DNA from: an uncultured bacterium
GTDB lineage: Bacteria; Patescibacteriota; Dojkabacteria; J137
Direction of reading: 5' to 3'
Length of the DNA stretch: 64,000 bases
Assembly (NCBI GenBank): GCA_963700155.1
Contig: OY969472.1
Location: 445,511-509,510 of the forward strand
In this document: positions 20,401-32,300 of the stretch, piece by piece
Layout: every line of letters starts with the position of its first letter
How positions within the stretch are numbered: position 1 is the first letter of the stretch
Made by a program: the position numbers and the translations under genes
The notes under the pieces: generated by a model
What the model saw: the letters and a program-made list of their open reading frames with translations, nothing else
What the model was told of the DNA's origin: nothing
Databases searched by the model: none

Positions 20401-22766
20401 CCACTGGAACATTCTCTTTAACATCTAATGGTGGTCTAAATGTCACTAGCGGTGGGGTGCTAATGGGTGCAACTGGAATAAATACTACCGATGCAACAAG
20501 TTTAGCAATAGGTAATGCTACTGGAACTTTTTCTTTAACCTCAAATGGAGGATTAAATGTAAGTACAGGGGGAGCTCTTACAGGTGTAGTAAGTATAAAT
20601 TCAACAGATACCTCAGATTTGGATATTGGCAATTCATCAGGAACACTCACATTAACATCTAATGGTGGCTTAAATGTAACAAGTGGAGGTGCCTTAACAG
20701 GTGTTGCTAGTATTAATACAATTACTACAACTTCCTCTGCATTAACTTTTGCTGGGGCCGGAACCATTTCGGCTTCTTCAACAGGTTTGGATATTCAATC
20801 TGATGGGAGCATTGACGTTAATATCGCCGGAGGTTCCGGCTCCACTGGCTGTACAATTGAGAACTCTACAGGTAATTTAATATGTTCCGGTACAGTAAGC
20901 GGGACCAATATTACAAGTAACTATTGGAGTAGATCAGTAACAACATTATCACCTGTAAATGTTGGAGATAACATAACTACATCAGGTTCTGGGACAATAA
21001 CATCAGCTGGGTTACTAACTGGCTCAAATGGAATTACTGTAACAGGAGGTGATGCAAATATTAATGCTTCAGGTACTTCTAACACATCAATAGGTAATGG
21101 ATCTGGAACATTTGATATTACTTCTAACGGCGGATTAAATGTAAATACGACTGGAGACTTAACTGGAGTAGCTAGCATTGATACAATAACAACAACTGCA
21201 ACTAGTTTAGGGTTTGCGGGAACTGGAACAATATCTTCCGGTGCTGGAACTGACTTAAATATAACATCAGGAACTACTGGAATATTAAACTTAGATTCAG
21301 GCTCAACAGGAGCTATTAATATTGGGACATCTTCTAATGCTAAAACTATTACTGTTGGTAACTCTACTGGTGCTACCGGTTTAGTCTTTAACTCTGGTAC
21401 AGCTGGTATTTCATCTACTTCTACTGCGACATCTGGTAATGCATTTTCATATACTGCTAATTCTCTTAGTAGTGGTAATGGTCTTTATGTTACATCAACT
21501 GCTGCTTCCTTCTCTGGTTCTTTAGCTAAAATTTTCTGGAATCCTACTTCTGGTAGTACTGCTACTGGTGATTTATTTACTATTGACACTGCTGGTGGAA
21601 GTGTTTTAGGTAACTTATTCAATGTTAAAGATGGTGGTAGTTCTTTATTCTCTGTTTCTCAGACTCAGGTCACTTCCACCATTCCTGTTCAATTTAATGC
21701 TCCTGGTGATGCCACATTTGCTTATGACTTAGTTTTGACTAATACAACTGCATCATTTGTGAAGTCTGACTCTAATTTAAATTTACAAGCTGGTGAAGTA
21801 TTCAACTCATCAAATTTAACTTTGAGCACTTTTAACAGTGGGATGATTGTTCTTGATACAGCAACGGTCTACACTACAGGGAATGTAGGAATTGGTACAA
21901 CACCTTCATATAAACTTGATGTTCTAGCAAGTGGGACAGGAGTAATCGCTAGATTTAATAGCGCTAATACTACTGGTTGTACTCTAGCTACTGGTGGAAC
22001 TATTTCTTGTTCTTCTGATGTTAAATTAAAACAAGATATAGCTGATATTAATTATGGAATCGATACGGTAATGCAACTTAGACCTGTCTCATTCAACTGG
22101 AGAAATCAAGATAATCCTTATAAAAGTTTAGGGTTTATTGCACAAGATGTTAATTCAATTTTACCTAATTTAGTTACAGTTGATTCAGCTTCTGGAAACA
22201 TGGAGTTAAATTCTATTGGATTTATTCCAATATTAACTAAAGCAATCCAAGATCAGCAGGAAGAAATTACTGCAATGCAGTCTGTTTTAGGCATTTCAAC
22301 AAATGGAAGTGCTGCTCATATTTTAACGCAGGAAAATATTCTAAGTTATTTAAACAATACAATAATTCCAAGTTTTAAAGTTAAAAAAATCACTATAAAT
22401 GAACAGCTTATTGCACAATCAGTAATTGTGATTGGAGATACTCAGTTTTATGGGCAGGCTGATTTTAACAATAATGTAAATGTAAAGGATAAAATCAGCC
22501 TTGGGAAAAATGGAGCTGGGAAAGTAACAATAAAATCTGGAGCTACAAAAGTTTCAGTTAAATTTAACTCTGCATATAACCAAACTCCTATTGTTAGCGT
22601 TTCCCCAAATAATATATTACCGAGTGGAACAAATTATGCAGTTACAAATATTAGTAAATCGGGATTTGATATTGAAATAAGTTATTCTACAAATTCAGAT
22701 ATTGAGTTTAGCTGGATAGCAGTTGGAACAACAATAGATTTACCTGTTTCATATTCAAGCAACTAA
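17499..22766 (+). CDS. Giant secreted Gly/Ser/Thr-rich fibre protein with S74 autochaperone domain
   Basis: Signal peptide; internal repeats SLTSNGGLNV, WSR..TTLSP, GGSGSTGCTIENSTGNL; SDVKLK at 22014. Confidence 0.8.
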   Translation: MKLNKITKIIILAFLVFGFILPTLSLDASTRSTIEFKSGIVDQDGTPLSDGIYNFGFIIFNQSTGGSSLWSENWSSVEVRRGQVSVDLGSINPFPDSLFANDSLYLQVCLNANGIAGDGSGSCGGNYEESFSPRKAITAVAWSYRANTLSSVDIAKDETAYNLNIYGDSGTLLNLNFNSTSQFNIGSAGSLSLGTGNSSFLFSPTSNSINLTGTTDIYFGANASLRNNSSSENSGANIIGVYTEGLQNITGNTLQKVIENIDGLFKWKPGTSSSISYSGGNVGIGTTTPNYLLDVNGTGSFSGGLKIGNTTTGVAGMLRWNGSDFEGYNGSSWNSLTSGGGGGSPSGSDGYIQFYSSGSFGSSANLNWNIANSYLTIGSSAGTSGILNLGPATTTRSSLNLANSSGVNVSSPTSGDLWWNGTNLYFYNGSSNVDLLASGGGSCATCFHQSGDAFGTTATLGTTDSNTLSIITNNTPAITILSDGKVGIGVSPTVKLDVAGAVTLTGVLTTGSSAISLTLATGYIDANAITLSGSTLDVTSNGLKVADGGITGTQLNSSVAGTGLTGGGGSALSVLYGSSAGNAVQGNTSITVSAGSGLGGGGSITLGSGGTVTLNNAGVTAFNTFTGGITLNGTTNQVNIDNNSGTITLSTPQDIDSSATPTFAGVLLSGLSASSAVYTDGLKNLTTTAPTTGAIGYLSRTGTTLSPATAGDNFTTSGDISTSGSGTITSTGLLTGNSGLTVLGTTSINASGIGTTTIGSGSGTVTIADGTGNLNLGNSSGTFSLTSNGGLNVTTGGNITAGTYNGNTLTSTALTFSGSNPNISPSTGNTGITINANGSGTIGIGATSTGDILLGGGSGSTGCTIENSTGNLTCSGTISGSNTTNYWSRVVTTLSPATAGDDITTAGNIYTSSSGTITSDGLITGNSGLTILGTTSINASGTGTTTIGSGSGIVTIANGTGNLALGNSTGTFSLTSNGGLNVTSGGVLMGATGINTTDATSLAIGNATGTFSLTSNGGLNVSTGGALTGVVSINSTDTSDLDIGNSSGTLTLTSNGGLNVTSGGALTGVASINTITTTSSALTFAGAGTISASSTGLDIQSDGSIDVNIAGGSGSTGCTIENSTGNLICSGTVSGTNITSNYWSRSVTTLSPVNVGDNITTSGSGTITSAGLLTGSNGITVTGGDANINASGTSNTSIGNGSGTFDITSNGGLNVNTTGDLTGVASIDTITTTATSLGFAGTGTISSGAGTDLNITSGTTGILNLDSGSTGAINIGTSSNAKTITVGNSTGATGLVFNSGTAGISSTSTATSGNAFSYTANSLSSGNGLYVTSTAASFSGSLAKIFWNPTSGSTATGDLFTIDTAGGSVLGNLFNVKDGGSSLFSVSQTQVTSTIPVQFNAPGDATFAYDLVLTNTTASFVKSDSNLNLQAGEVFNSSNLTLSTFNSGMIVLDTATVYTTGNVGIGTTPSYKLDVLASGTGVIARFNSANTTGCTLATGGTISCSSDVKLKQDIADINYGIDTVMQLRPVSFNWRNQDNPYKSLGFIAQDVNSILPNLVTVDSASGNMELNSIGFIPILTKAIQDQQEEITAMQSVLGISTNGSAAHILTQENILSYLNNTIIPSFKVKKITINEQLIAQSVIVIGDTQFYGQADFNNNVNVKDKISLGKNGAGKVTIKSGATKVSVKFNSAYNQTPIVSVSPNNILPSGTNYAVTNISKSGFDIEISYSTNSDIEFSWIAVGTTIDLPVSYSSN
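21303..22414 (+). repeat. Copy 2 of the ~1.1 kb direct repeat
   Basis: Matches 15594-16705 with no net indel. Confidence 0.9.
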
Positions 22767-22779
22767 GGATAAGTCACTT

Positions 22780-25700
22780 ATGCTAAAAGATAAATTTAAT
22801 AAGATTAAAAAAGTAATAGAAAAAAATAAACTCCTAAAAAGTTTTAAAGGAAGGCTTATTTACATATTAAAGCAATTAGATCAGAGATTTAAAATAATAA
22901 AAAGTTGGGGATTAAAGAATAGAAAACATCAATTTTTGGGTACGATATTCATTTTAATGATTCTTTTACCTATAGCTTCCATTTTAATGTTTTTATTTAC
23001 TAAACCTGTTCAAGCAGACTGGTTTAATGCAAATTGGAGTTTTAGAAAAAGAATAGATATAGTTAATAGTTCTGGTACAACACTTACAAATTTTCAGGTT
23101 AAATTTTCAATTGATACCGCTTCACTTTATTCAACTGGGAAATTAAGATCAGACTGTGGAGATATTAGAATTACTGACAATCAAGGTAAAATTCTTCCGT
23201 ATTGGATCGAGACATCAAATGTAGCCTGTAATGCAAATAGCAGTCAAACCATATGGACTAAAATTGACAGTATTCCTTCAAGTGGTGCTAATAATGTTAA
23301 ATATATCTATCTTTACTATGGGAATCCGCTAGCAACCTCAACACAAAATGGGAATGACACTTTTGATTTCTTTGATGATTTTTCATCATCAACCTTAAAT
23401 TCTAATAAATGGACTGCAACTGGGGCATATTCAATATCATCTGGGGCTTTAACAATAACAACTGGATCTGTATATTCGAATAATACTATAGTTTCATCAA
23501 ATCAAAATGAAATGTTCGAAATGAGAGCTAAATGGGCGACTACACAAACTTCATATTCAGGTATAATGATTTCAAATGCAAATAGCATTCAAGGTGGTAA
23601 TGCTGGCTCCAATAAACTTTCTATGTTGATGACAAATGCTGGAGTAGGTATTGATCAACAGGCATTTGCAGCTGATGGGACATCAGCAACGTATAATATT
23701 GTAAACAATATAACTCAGTTTACACCAACAGCAAACACATATTATTTTTCTGGATTTTCTCATACAACTTCAAACCTAAGATATTATCAAAATCGTTCAC
23801 AAACAAATTCATATTCAGATACTGCAAATTTTTCACCATATTTATTTTTGGGATATTTTGCAGGTTCAACTGCAGGCACTCGCAGATACAACAGATACAA
23901 CTATTGATTTTGTTATAGCAAGAAAATTTTCAACTACAGATCCTAATCTTACTCTAGGCTCAGAAGAAATCACTCCTAATCCAACTGCTGATTGGAGTTT
24001 TGATGAGGGGCAAGGTCAAGTTGCATATGATAAGACATCAAACTCTAACAATGGACAACTCGGGTCTACATCAGGTTCTGATGCAAATGACCCTACTTGG
24101 GAAACCGAAGATCAGTGTGTTATAGGAAAATGTCTGCTTTTTAATGGAAGTAGTAATTATGTTTCTCTTACCCCTAACTTACAAACTATCAGTCAGATTA
24201 CTATTTCTGCTTGGTTTAATACGAATACAGCAACATTTCCAAATTCATTCAGAATGCTTTTTTCATCATCATCCGGATCATCTTATCTTGCTCTTGCTTA
24301 TACTGGGGCAAGTCCTTTTGTTTCATTTGATATAGGAGGTACTCAACACGCACTAAATTCCAATTTTACCCCTTTGTTAAATCACTGGTATTACGTTACC
24401 GCTACTTATGACGGTAACTTTATTAGAATTTATGTCGACGGTATTCTTAGGAATACTAGTGCTCAATATACAGGTACATTAAATGGGTTCACTTCAGGAG
24501 CTATGTATATAGGCAAATACATTGCTCCGGGATATGAATTCAGTGGAAAACTAGATGAAGTAAAAATTTATCCATATGCAAGATCAGCTGATCAAGTCAA
24601 AGTTGATTATAATGGTGGTGCAGAAGTTCTTGGAGATCAAACTCAAGCCTATCTTTCAAACGGATTAGTTGGTTATTGGAAGATGGATGAAAACACCTGG
24701 GGTACTCCAGATTGCTCTACTAATATTGTTCTAGATTCTTCAGGAAATAGTAATAACGGCAAGGCTTGTCCCAATGCTAGCGGACCTACTGGTGCTGCAG
24801 CTGGTAAGTTTGGTAATGGTGGTTTGTTTGATGGCTCTAATGACTATGTTGATACTGGTACTTCATATGAATCAACCTTCCAGGATAGCTATACATTTGC
24901 TTTCTGGACAAAACCTACTGATGGTCACCCTGCGGCCACTCAAATCCTTGCTGGTACTAATCCAGCAACAAACAATATTGTTAAAATATTCCTAAATACT
25001 GATGGAACGCTTGCTTATCAGTATCAAAATAATTCAATTGGGACAGTCGCTCAAACTGCTTCAGCTGTATTTTCTGATGGTCCTCAAAGTTCTTGGACTC
25101 ATATTGCTATTGTTGCAGATGCTAACATTAATGGTATTGGAGGTCTTAAGATTTATGTTAATGGACAATCTGCTACTTTAGATGGTGCTGCAACTGGCGA
25201 TACTTCTGGTATTACGTTCAGTACCTATACTAATTCTAATAATTTTTACTTTGGAGCCCGCAATAGTAATGGATCACCACAGAATTACTATGCGGGCTCA
25301 TTTGATGATTTAAGAATCTATAAAAGAGCTCTTTCTTCTTCTGATGTTCTATCTTTATATAACTGGGCCCCTGGACCTGTACTTAACTATAATTTAGACG
25401 AAAATACCGGCACCACTGCCCATGATACTAGTGGGTTCAATAATAATGGGACATTAACAAATGGTGCTACTTGGAATGCAGGTAAATATGGAAGTGGAGT
25501 ATCTTTTGACGGAGTCAATGATTATATTGATACACCTGATAGCAGTTCTCTTTCTCTTAACTCACAAATAACAATAGATGGATGGATAAAATTGGTTAGT
25601 GGCATGAGTACCAGCAGCACTCAAAAACAAACAATTGTTGATTCTGTAGATTACAACCTTTATCTTGATAATGCTGATGGGAAAGCTCATTTCGATCTAA

Positions 25701-28700
25701 ATGATTCAACTGCAGATAGTTTACTAGCTACTACAGACTGGAATTTAGGAGCAATATATGGATTTGATGGTATTGTTGGTACTATGGCTTATTTTAATGG
25801 AGCTTTATATGTTGCAGGATCGTTTAATGCAATTTGTGGTAATGCAACTTGTGATAGCGGAAATATCACTGCTCATCATATTGCAAAATGGAATGGATCT
25901 TCTTGGACTGCTGTCGGATATGGCGTGAGTTCTACAGTCTATTCCATTCAAGTGTACAATGGAGAACTATATTTAGGAGGGGCTTTTTCATCTATTTGTG
26001 GTAATGCAACTTGTGACAGTGGAAATATTACTACGAATCGAATTGCAAAATGGAATGGATCTTCATTTAGTACCGTGAGTTATGGTTTCAATAGTTCAGT
26101 CCGTACATTTGTAACATATAATGGAGAATTATATCTAGGAGGAAATTTTACAGTTATCTGTGGCAATACTGCATGTAACAGTGGGAATGTTACCACTAAT
26201 TCTATAACAAAATGGAATGGATCCTCGTTTAGTACTGTAGGATATGGAATGAATAATCCAGTCTATACGGTTAGTATATATGACGGGAAATTAATACTAG
26301 GCGGAGCTTTTAGCAGTATCTGTGGCAACACAGCATGCAACAGTGGAAATGTTACCACTAATTATGTAGCAAGGTGGGATGGATCCACTTTTAGTACATT
26401 TGGGTTTGGAATGAATGCAAATCCTAATTCTTTTGAAATATACAATGGGACATTATATACCGGAGGGAATTTTACAGCTATTTGTGGTAATACTGCATGC
26501 AACAGTGGGAATACAAATACTAATTTTATAGCAAAATGGAATGGATCTTCTTGGACTGCAGTATCCTATGGGCTATATAATCCTTTCGGAAGGGTTGATA
26601 CGTTGGGGGTCTACAATGGTAAATTATATGTGTCTGGAACTTTTACAGGGATATGTAATGATGCGGCTTGTAGTAGTGTTACTTCAGCGAATGATTTAGC
26701 TGCATGGGATGGATCTTCTTGGAGTCTTGTAGGAAATGGAATAGAGATAGGGAGGAGTATCAGTTACTTTATAAATTATAATGGGAATTTATATTTTTCG
26801 ACTAATGCAAGTTATCTTTGTGGAAATAGTACTTGTGATAGTGGGAATATTCCTATTTATAATTTTGGACAAATAGGGACAACAAATGTAAAAACAGTTA
26901 CATCTACTACTTCTTCATGGAATGCAAATACCTGGTATCACATTGCAGCTACATACAATAAATCAACTATAAGATTATATGTCAATGGTACTTTACAAGG
27001 TAGCGCAACTACAAGCATAACCATAGAAAACACTAATAATGAATTTTATATTGGGAAAATGCATGGCTCGAGCTATGGTCAGGATTGGGGGGGTGATATT
27101 GGTGAAAGCTTATTTAAAGGAACTTTGGATAATCTTTATATTTATAACTATGCTAGAACTTCATCTCAAATTATTGAAGACATGAATGGAGGACATCCTA
27201 TTGGTGGGTCTCCTTTAGAATCTCCGGCAATACACTGGAAGATAGATGATATGCAAGGTGGGACTGCAAACAATTCTGGTAATTTAGGCTCTAGTTTTAA
27301 TGGGACTATCAGTGGTGGAGGTTGGCGAAATCATGATTCTTGTAAAGTTAATGGGTGCTACCAATTTACCGGTGCTAATGATTATATAGAAAAGACAGGA
27401 TCTACATTCTTTGATGGATTAACTACTATGACTGCCTCTTTATGGATTAAACCTCAAACATTTCTATTCCCTGATGATGCTATCTTAGCAAAAAGAGATG
27501 CATCAGATAATGGGTTTTTTATCTATACTGATCATTCAAATGGTTCTGCTCTAAGAGTTGGGATTTCTAATGGAGCAACAGATGTCAGTAATTATTGTAC
27601 AACTCCTACTGGAATACTAGCATTATCAACTTGGGCACATATTGCTGTAGTTTATGATGGTTCTCAAGATACTAATAACAGAATCAAAGTTTACAAGAAT
27701 GGGAATCTTGTAACTTGTACAGCCACTGGAACTATCCCTACTGCATTGCGAACTAGTACAGCACCTCTAAGACTAGGGAGAAGTGCTTTTGCTACACAGT
27801 ATGGCTATTATGATGAAGTAAAAATTTACAATGTAGCCTTAACTTCAGATCAGGTTAAGATTGATATGAATAATGGTGCATCTGAAAACTTTGGAAGTTC
27901 TGGAAGTAGTGAAGCTGCTCTGTTAGATGATGGAGCTGGAAATCCACCGGTGGGCGAATGGAAAATGGATGAAAATAGTGGCACAGTAGTGGCAGACACT
28001 AGTGGGAATGGCCATGCTGGATCAGTCAGCGGTACAACGACTTCAATCTGGCAGCAAGGCAAATACGGTTCGTCACTCAAGTTTAATGGGTCTAATAATT
28101 ATATAAGCTTTGGAAACTATCTGGGCCTAACTAATACACTTACAATCAGCATGTGGGTAAAACCTAGCTCATCTCAGGCTAATGCATATGCCACTATCCT
28201 GAGAAAATCAACCACAGCCAACACTGGGTATGGGATAGAGCAAAACAACACAACTACTAATCAATACTATTTCTGGTATGGGAATGGGTCTTCTTTAGAA
28301 TGCGCAACTACTTATTTTTCTCTAACCGCAGGAACCTGGCAGAATTTAGAAATTACAAAATCTGGAACAGCTATTATTATTTACATTAATGGTACCGCAG
28401 TAAACAGATGTACAGCAACGAGCGGTACTGTTGCTACTAACCCAGACTCCTTCACCTTAGGAAGCTACAGTGGAGGAAGTGCTAGGTGGTGGGCTGGGCA
28501 GCAAGACGATATTAAAATGTATGATTATGCACGTACTCAATCTCAAGTGGAGTATGACTACAATCGCGGTGCTCCTTTTGCTTGGTGGAAGCTAAATGAA
28601 TGCCAGGGGTCTACTGCTCATGACTCCACTGGTAATAATTACAACGGAACTATTACAATCACTGCAACCGGGGGTAATACTAATGGGATTGGAGATTGTA

Positions 28701-29332
28701 CAACGTCAACCAGTGCTTGGGGCTCAGGTGCCAGTGGAAAATATGGATCAAGTTTATTTTTTGATGGAAATGGTGACTATATTAATACAGGGAATTCTTT
28801 TGAAAAGACTTTTCAATCAAGTTATTCATTATCTATGTGGGTAAAACCAACAGATGGACACCCTAGTTCTCCTGGGTCAACTTTTATTGGTACAAGTAAA
28901 TCTTCAGGATCTTTAGTGAACTTAATTCTAGAATCTAATGGGAAACTTCGTTTACAATATGGTAATGAAACAAATTCTGTGAATGCAGAAACGGCAAATG
29001 CAATATTTAATGATGGACAAGTAACACAATGGACTCAAATAGTAGTGACAGCTAATGCAAATACAAATGGTCCAGATGGAGTTAAAATCTATTTAAACGG
29101 GGTAAAGCAGCAGCTAGGAACAAGTATTTATAGTGGAGATACAACAGGGCTTGATTTTTCTTTATATAGTAATACAAATAATGTCTATATTGGAGTTAGA
29201 GATTCACTAGGTTTTCCAACTACAAATTGGGTTAGTGGACCAATGGATGATATAAGAATCTATAATTATGCTTTATCATCAAATCAAATTCAACAACTTT
29301 ATAACAATGGAGCAGCATATTTCGGCTTATAG
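22780..29332 (+). pseudogene. Giant DUF2341 + multi-LamG surface protein split by a 1-nt frameshift near 23881 (ORFs 22780..23907 and 23858..29332)
   Basis: Removing one C at ~23881 joins GSTAGT to ADTTDTTIDFVIARK; the adjacent paralogue carries both domain types in one ORF. Confidence 0.75.
25765..26880 (+). repeat. Seven ~162-nt (54 aa) tandem coding repeats, probable beta-propeller blades
   Basis: YNG.LY.GG.F..ICGN..C.SGN.....IAKWNGSS consensus, seven copies. Confidence 0.85.
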
Positions 29333-29355
29333 TAATAATATATTGAATATTAGAA

Positions 29356-32300
29356 ATGAGTAAAAATTTGAAAAAAATAACAAAGAACATAATTAAAATA
29401 AGAAAAAAGATTTCTAATTCGTCTTTTTACATAAAAAGATTCTCTCCTCTGAAGAATAAATTTTATAATTGCATTTTTAATATAAAAACCTGGGCTTTTA
29501 AAAACAGACGTCATCAATTTTTAAGTATTTTATTAATTTTACTATTCTTTTTACCCATTGCCTCAGTTATAACTACACTTTTATCAACACCTGTACAAGC
29601 AGCATGGTTTAATGAAAATTGGCAATACAGACAAAGACTTGATATTACAATAACATCATCTAGTAGTGATATCTCGAATTTACAAATGTATTTTACAGTT
29701 AATACATCTGTACTTATATCAACTGAAAAACTTCAATCTTCGTGTCAAGATTTACGTTTTACAAGTGTTTCGGGACGGCTTCTGCAATATTATATAGATT
29801 CTGGATGTAACACAACAGCTACAAAAATTTGGGTAATGGCGGACTTAATTCCTAAAAATACAACTACTTATCAAATATATATGTACTATGGAAATCCAGC
29901 GGCATCAGCTGGATCAGAATCAGGCTATTTTGATAATGTAGTTGGATTAGCAGCTTATTGGACTTTTAATGATGGAAGTGGTATCAGTGTTGCTGATTCT
30001 TCAAAAAATGCATTTACAGCAACAATAAATACTGGAACCTTTACAACCGGTAAGTTCGGGACAGCTTTAAGTAAAAACGGTTCAGGGCAAGGGGCAACTG
30101 CTACATATGGAGCAGGAAGTGATTTAGACTTCCCGGCAAATACACAAGTTACTGTAGAATTTTGGTTGAACTCACCTACTTCTCACACCAGCCGTCTTAT
30201 TAATGCTATTGCATCTGGAGGATTAAATGTCCCAAATATTGGTACAGCTTTGTACTTTGGGGTATTTTCCGGTAATACTGTAACTTTTAATAGTGCCATC
30301 TCCTATGATGGAGCGTGGCACCATTATGCCTTAAGTTATAATGGTACAAGTGTAAGTTACTATAAAGACGGTTCTTTTGTATCTAGTCAAAACCTTGCAG
30401 CTAATTGGACAACAGGCTCAAAGACTTTTTACCTTGGTGGAGATGCTTCATATCCTTTAAATGGAGCACTTGATGATGTTAAAGTTTATCGAACAAGTAG
30501 AAATTCAACACAAATACTTGCTGATTTCAATAATACCAGTTGTGGAGGATTGGTATGCACAATTGCAACATCACCTGTTGGCACAGTTAATCCTAGTTCA
30601 GTTTCTTTTAACTCTGAAGAAATTGGCCCTGGTCCAGTTGCAAATTGGGGTCTCGATGAAGGGTATGGAGATAGTTCTACAGGAAATGGTCCTGTTGCAT
30701 ATTGGAACCTAGATGAAAATACTAACATAACAGCTACTGATTTGAGTGGGAATGGTAATACTGGAACATTAACTGGCAGTCCAACATGGGTAAGTGGAAT
30801 ATATAATTCTAGTGTAAATTTTAATGGTAGTAGTAATTATATAACAATAAATAATTCCACCTCTTTAAATATTAGAGCTCCAATAACTTTATCTGCCTGG
30901 ATTTACCCTACATCAACTGCTTCATTTCAAAATGTAATATCTAAAAGAAATACCACTTCTCCTTATTCACTGCGAATTAATAACGGAACAAATCTTGAAT
31001 ACTATTTTCATGACGGGACAGCTTACCGTGAATATATTAAAACTGGAGTTATAAAACTAAATACATGGCAGTTTGTTGCTGCAACAAATGATGGTACTAA
31101 TATTAATTTATATGTAAATGGGGTTAATGTCTTATCAACTACTACACCATATACCCCTGCTACAACTACAGATACTATTCAAATAAGTGGTTGGCACGGT
31201 ATAAATGAATTGTTTTCAGGGTCAATTGATGATGTGAAAATTTATAATTACGCCAGAAGTGCCAATCAGGTTATTGAAGACATGAATAGAGATGTCCATT
31301 CTAATGGTACAGCAGGAAAAAGTGCTTATGGATTTAACTACGGTGCTACTTGGCAGACTGAAGATCAATGTGTTGTAAGAAAATGTTTAAGCTTTAATGG
31401 TACTAGTAACTATGTATCTCTTTATCCTAACTTACAAACAACTAGTAAAATTACAATTTCATCATGGATTAATACAAGAACTTTATCATTACCATCTAAC
31501 TTTAGAATGATTTTTTCTTCTTCAGATGGAGCATCATACCTTGCACTTGTAACAAATGGTTTAGCAACTCCTTTTGTCTCATTTGATATTGGGGGAACTC
31601 AACGAGCTCTAAATTCTAATTTTATTCCTAAAATAAATCATTGGTACTATGTTACCGCTACATATGATGGTAATTATATAAGAATTTATGTAGATGGAAT
31701 CCTTCGTAATACTAGTGCACAATATGTAGGTTCCTTAGCAGGATTTAGCTCTGGTTCAATGTACATAGGCAAATATTTAGCAGCTGGATATGAATTTAGC
31801 GGTAAACTAGATGAATTAAAAATTTATCCTTATGCGAGAACAGATGATCAAATAAAAAGTGATTACAATTCAGCTGCAGAGTTGCTTGGAAAACAAAATC
31901 AAACTTATTTAAGTAATGATTTAGTAGGGTATTGGAAGATGGATGAATCATCTTGGAATAATAATTGCTCTACTACCTCTGTAATCGATTCTTCTGGTAA
32001 TGGATTTAATGGTAAATCATGTCCTAATGGTAGTGGACCTACTGGAGGTGCAGTAGGTAAGTTTGGCAATGCTGGATATTTTGATGGAGTTAATGACTAT
32101 GTTGAAGTAGCTGATAATGATTTATTGGATCCTGCTAATGCAATTACAGTCGCTATGTGGTTTAGACCAGACCAGACACTTGTTGATTTTCAGGCAGTTC
32201 TTGGGAAAGGAGGAGGGGCTTCCTTCGAGAAAGGGTATGAATTTGCAACAAGCAACGATCAATTTGGTTTCTGGGTCAATGGTAATACCCATATTGCAAC

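Noticed and set aside
15594-22414. Diversity-generating retroelement TR/VR pair
   Set aside because: No reverse transcriptase in the window; both copies are coding, ~1.1 kb long, and the differences are mostly synonymous rather than adenine-specific.
13806-22766. Prophage, suggested by tail-fibre/S74 domains and the ORF6N gene
   Set aside because: No integrase, terminase, capsid or portal genes; the fibre proteins have signal peptides.
25765-26880. CRISPR-like periodic repeats
   Set aside because: These are degenerate in-frame 162-nt protein repeats with no unique spacers or cas genes.
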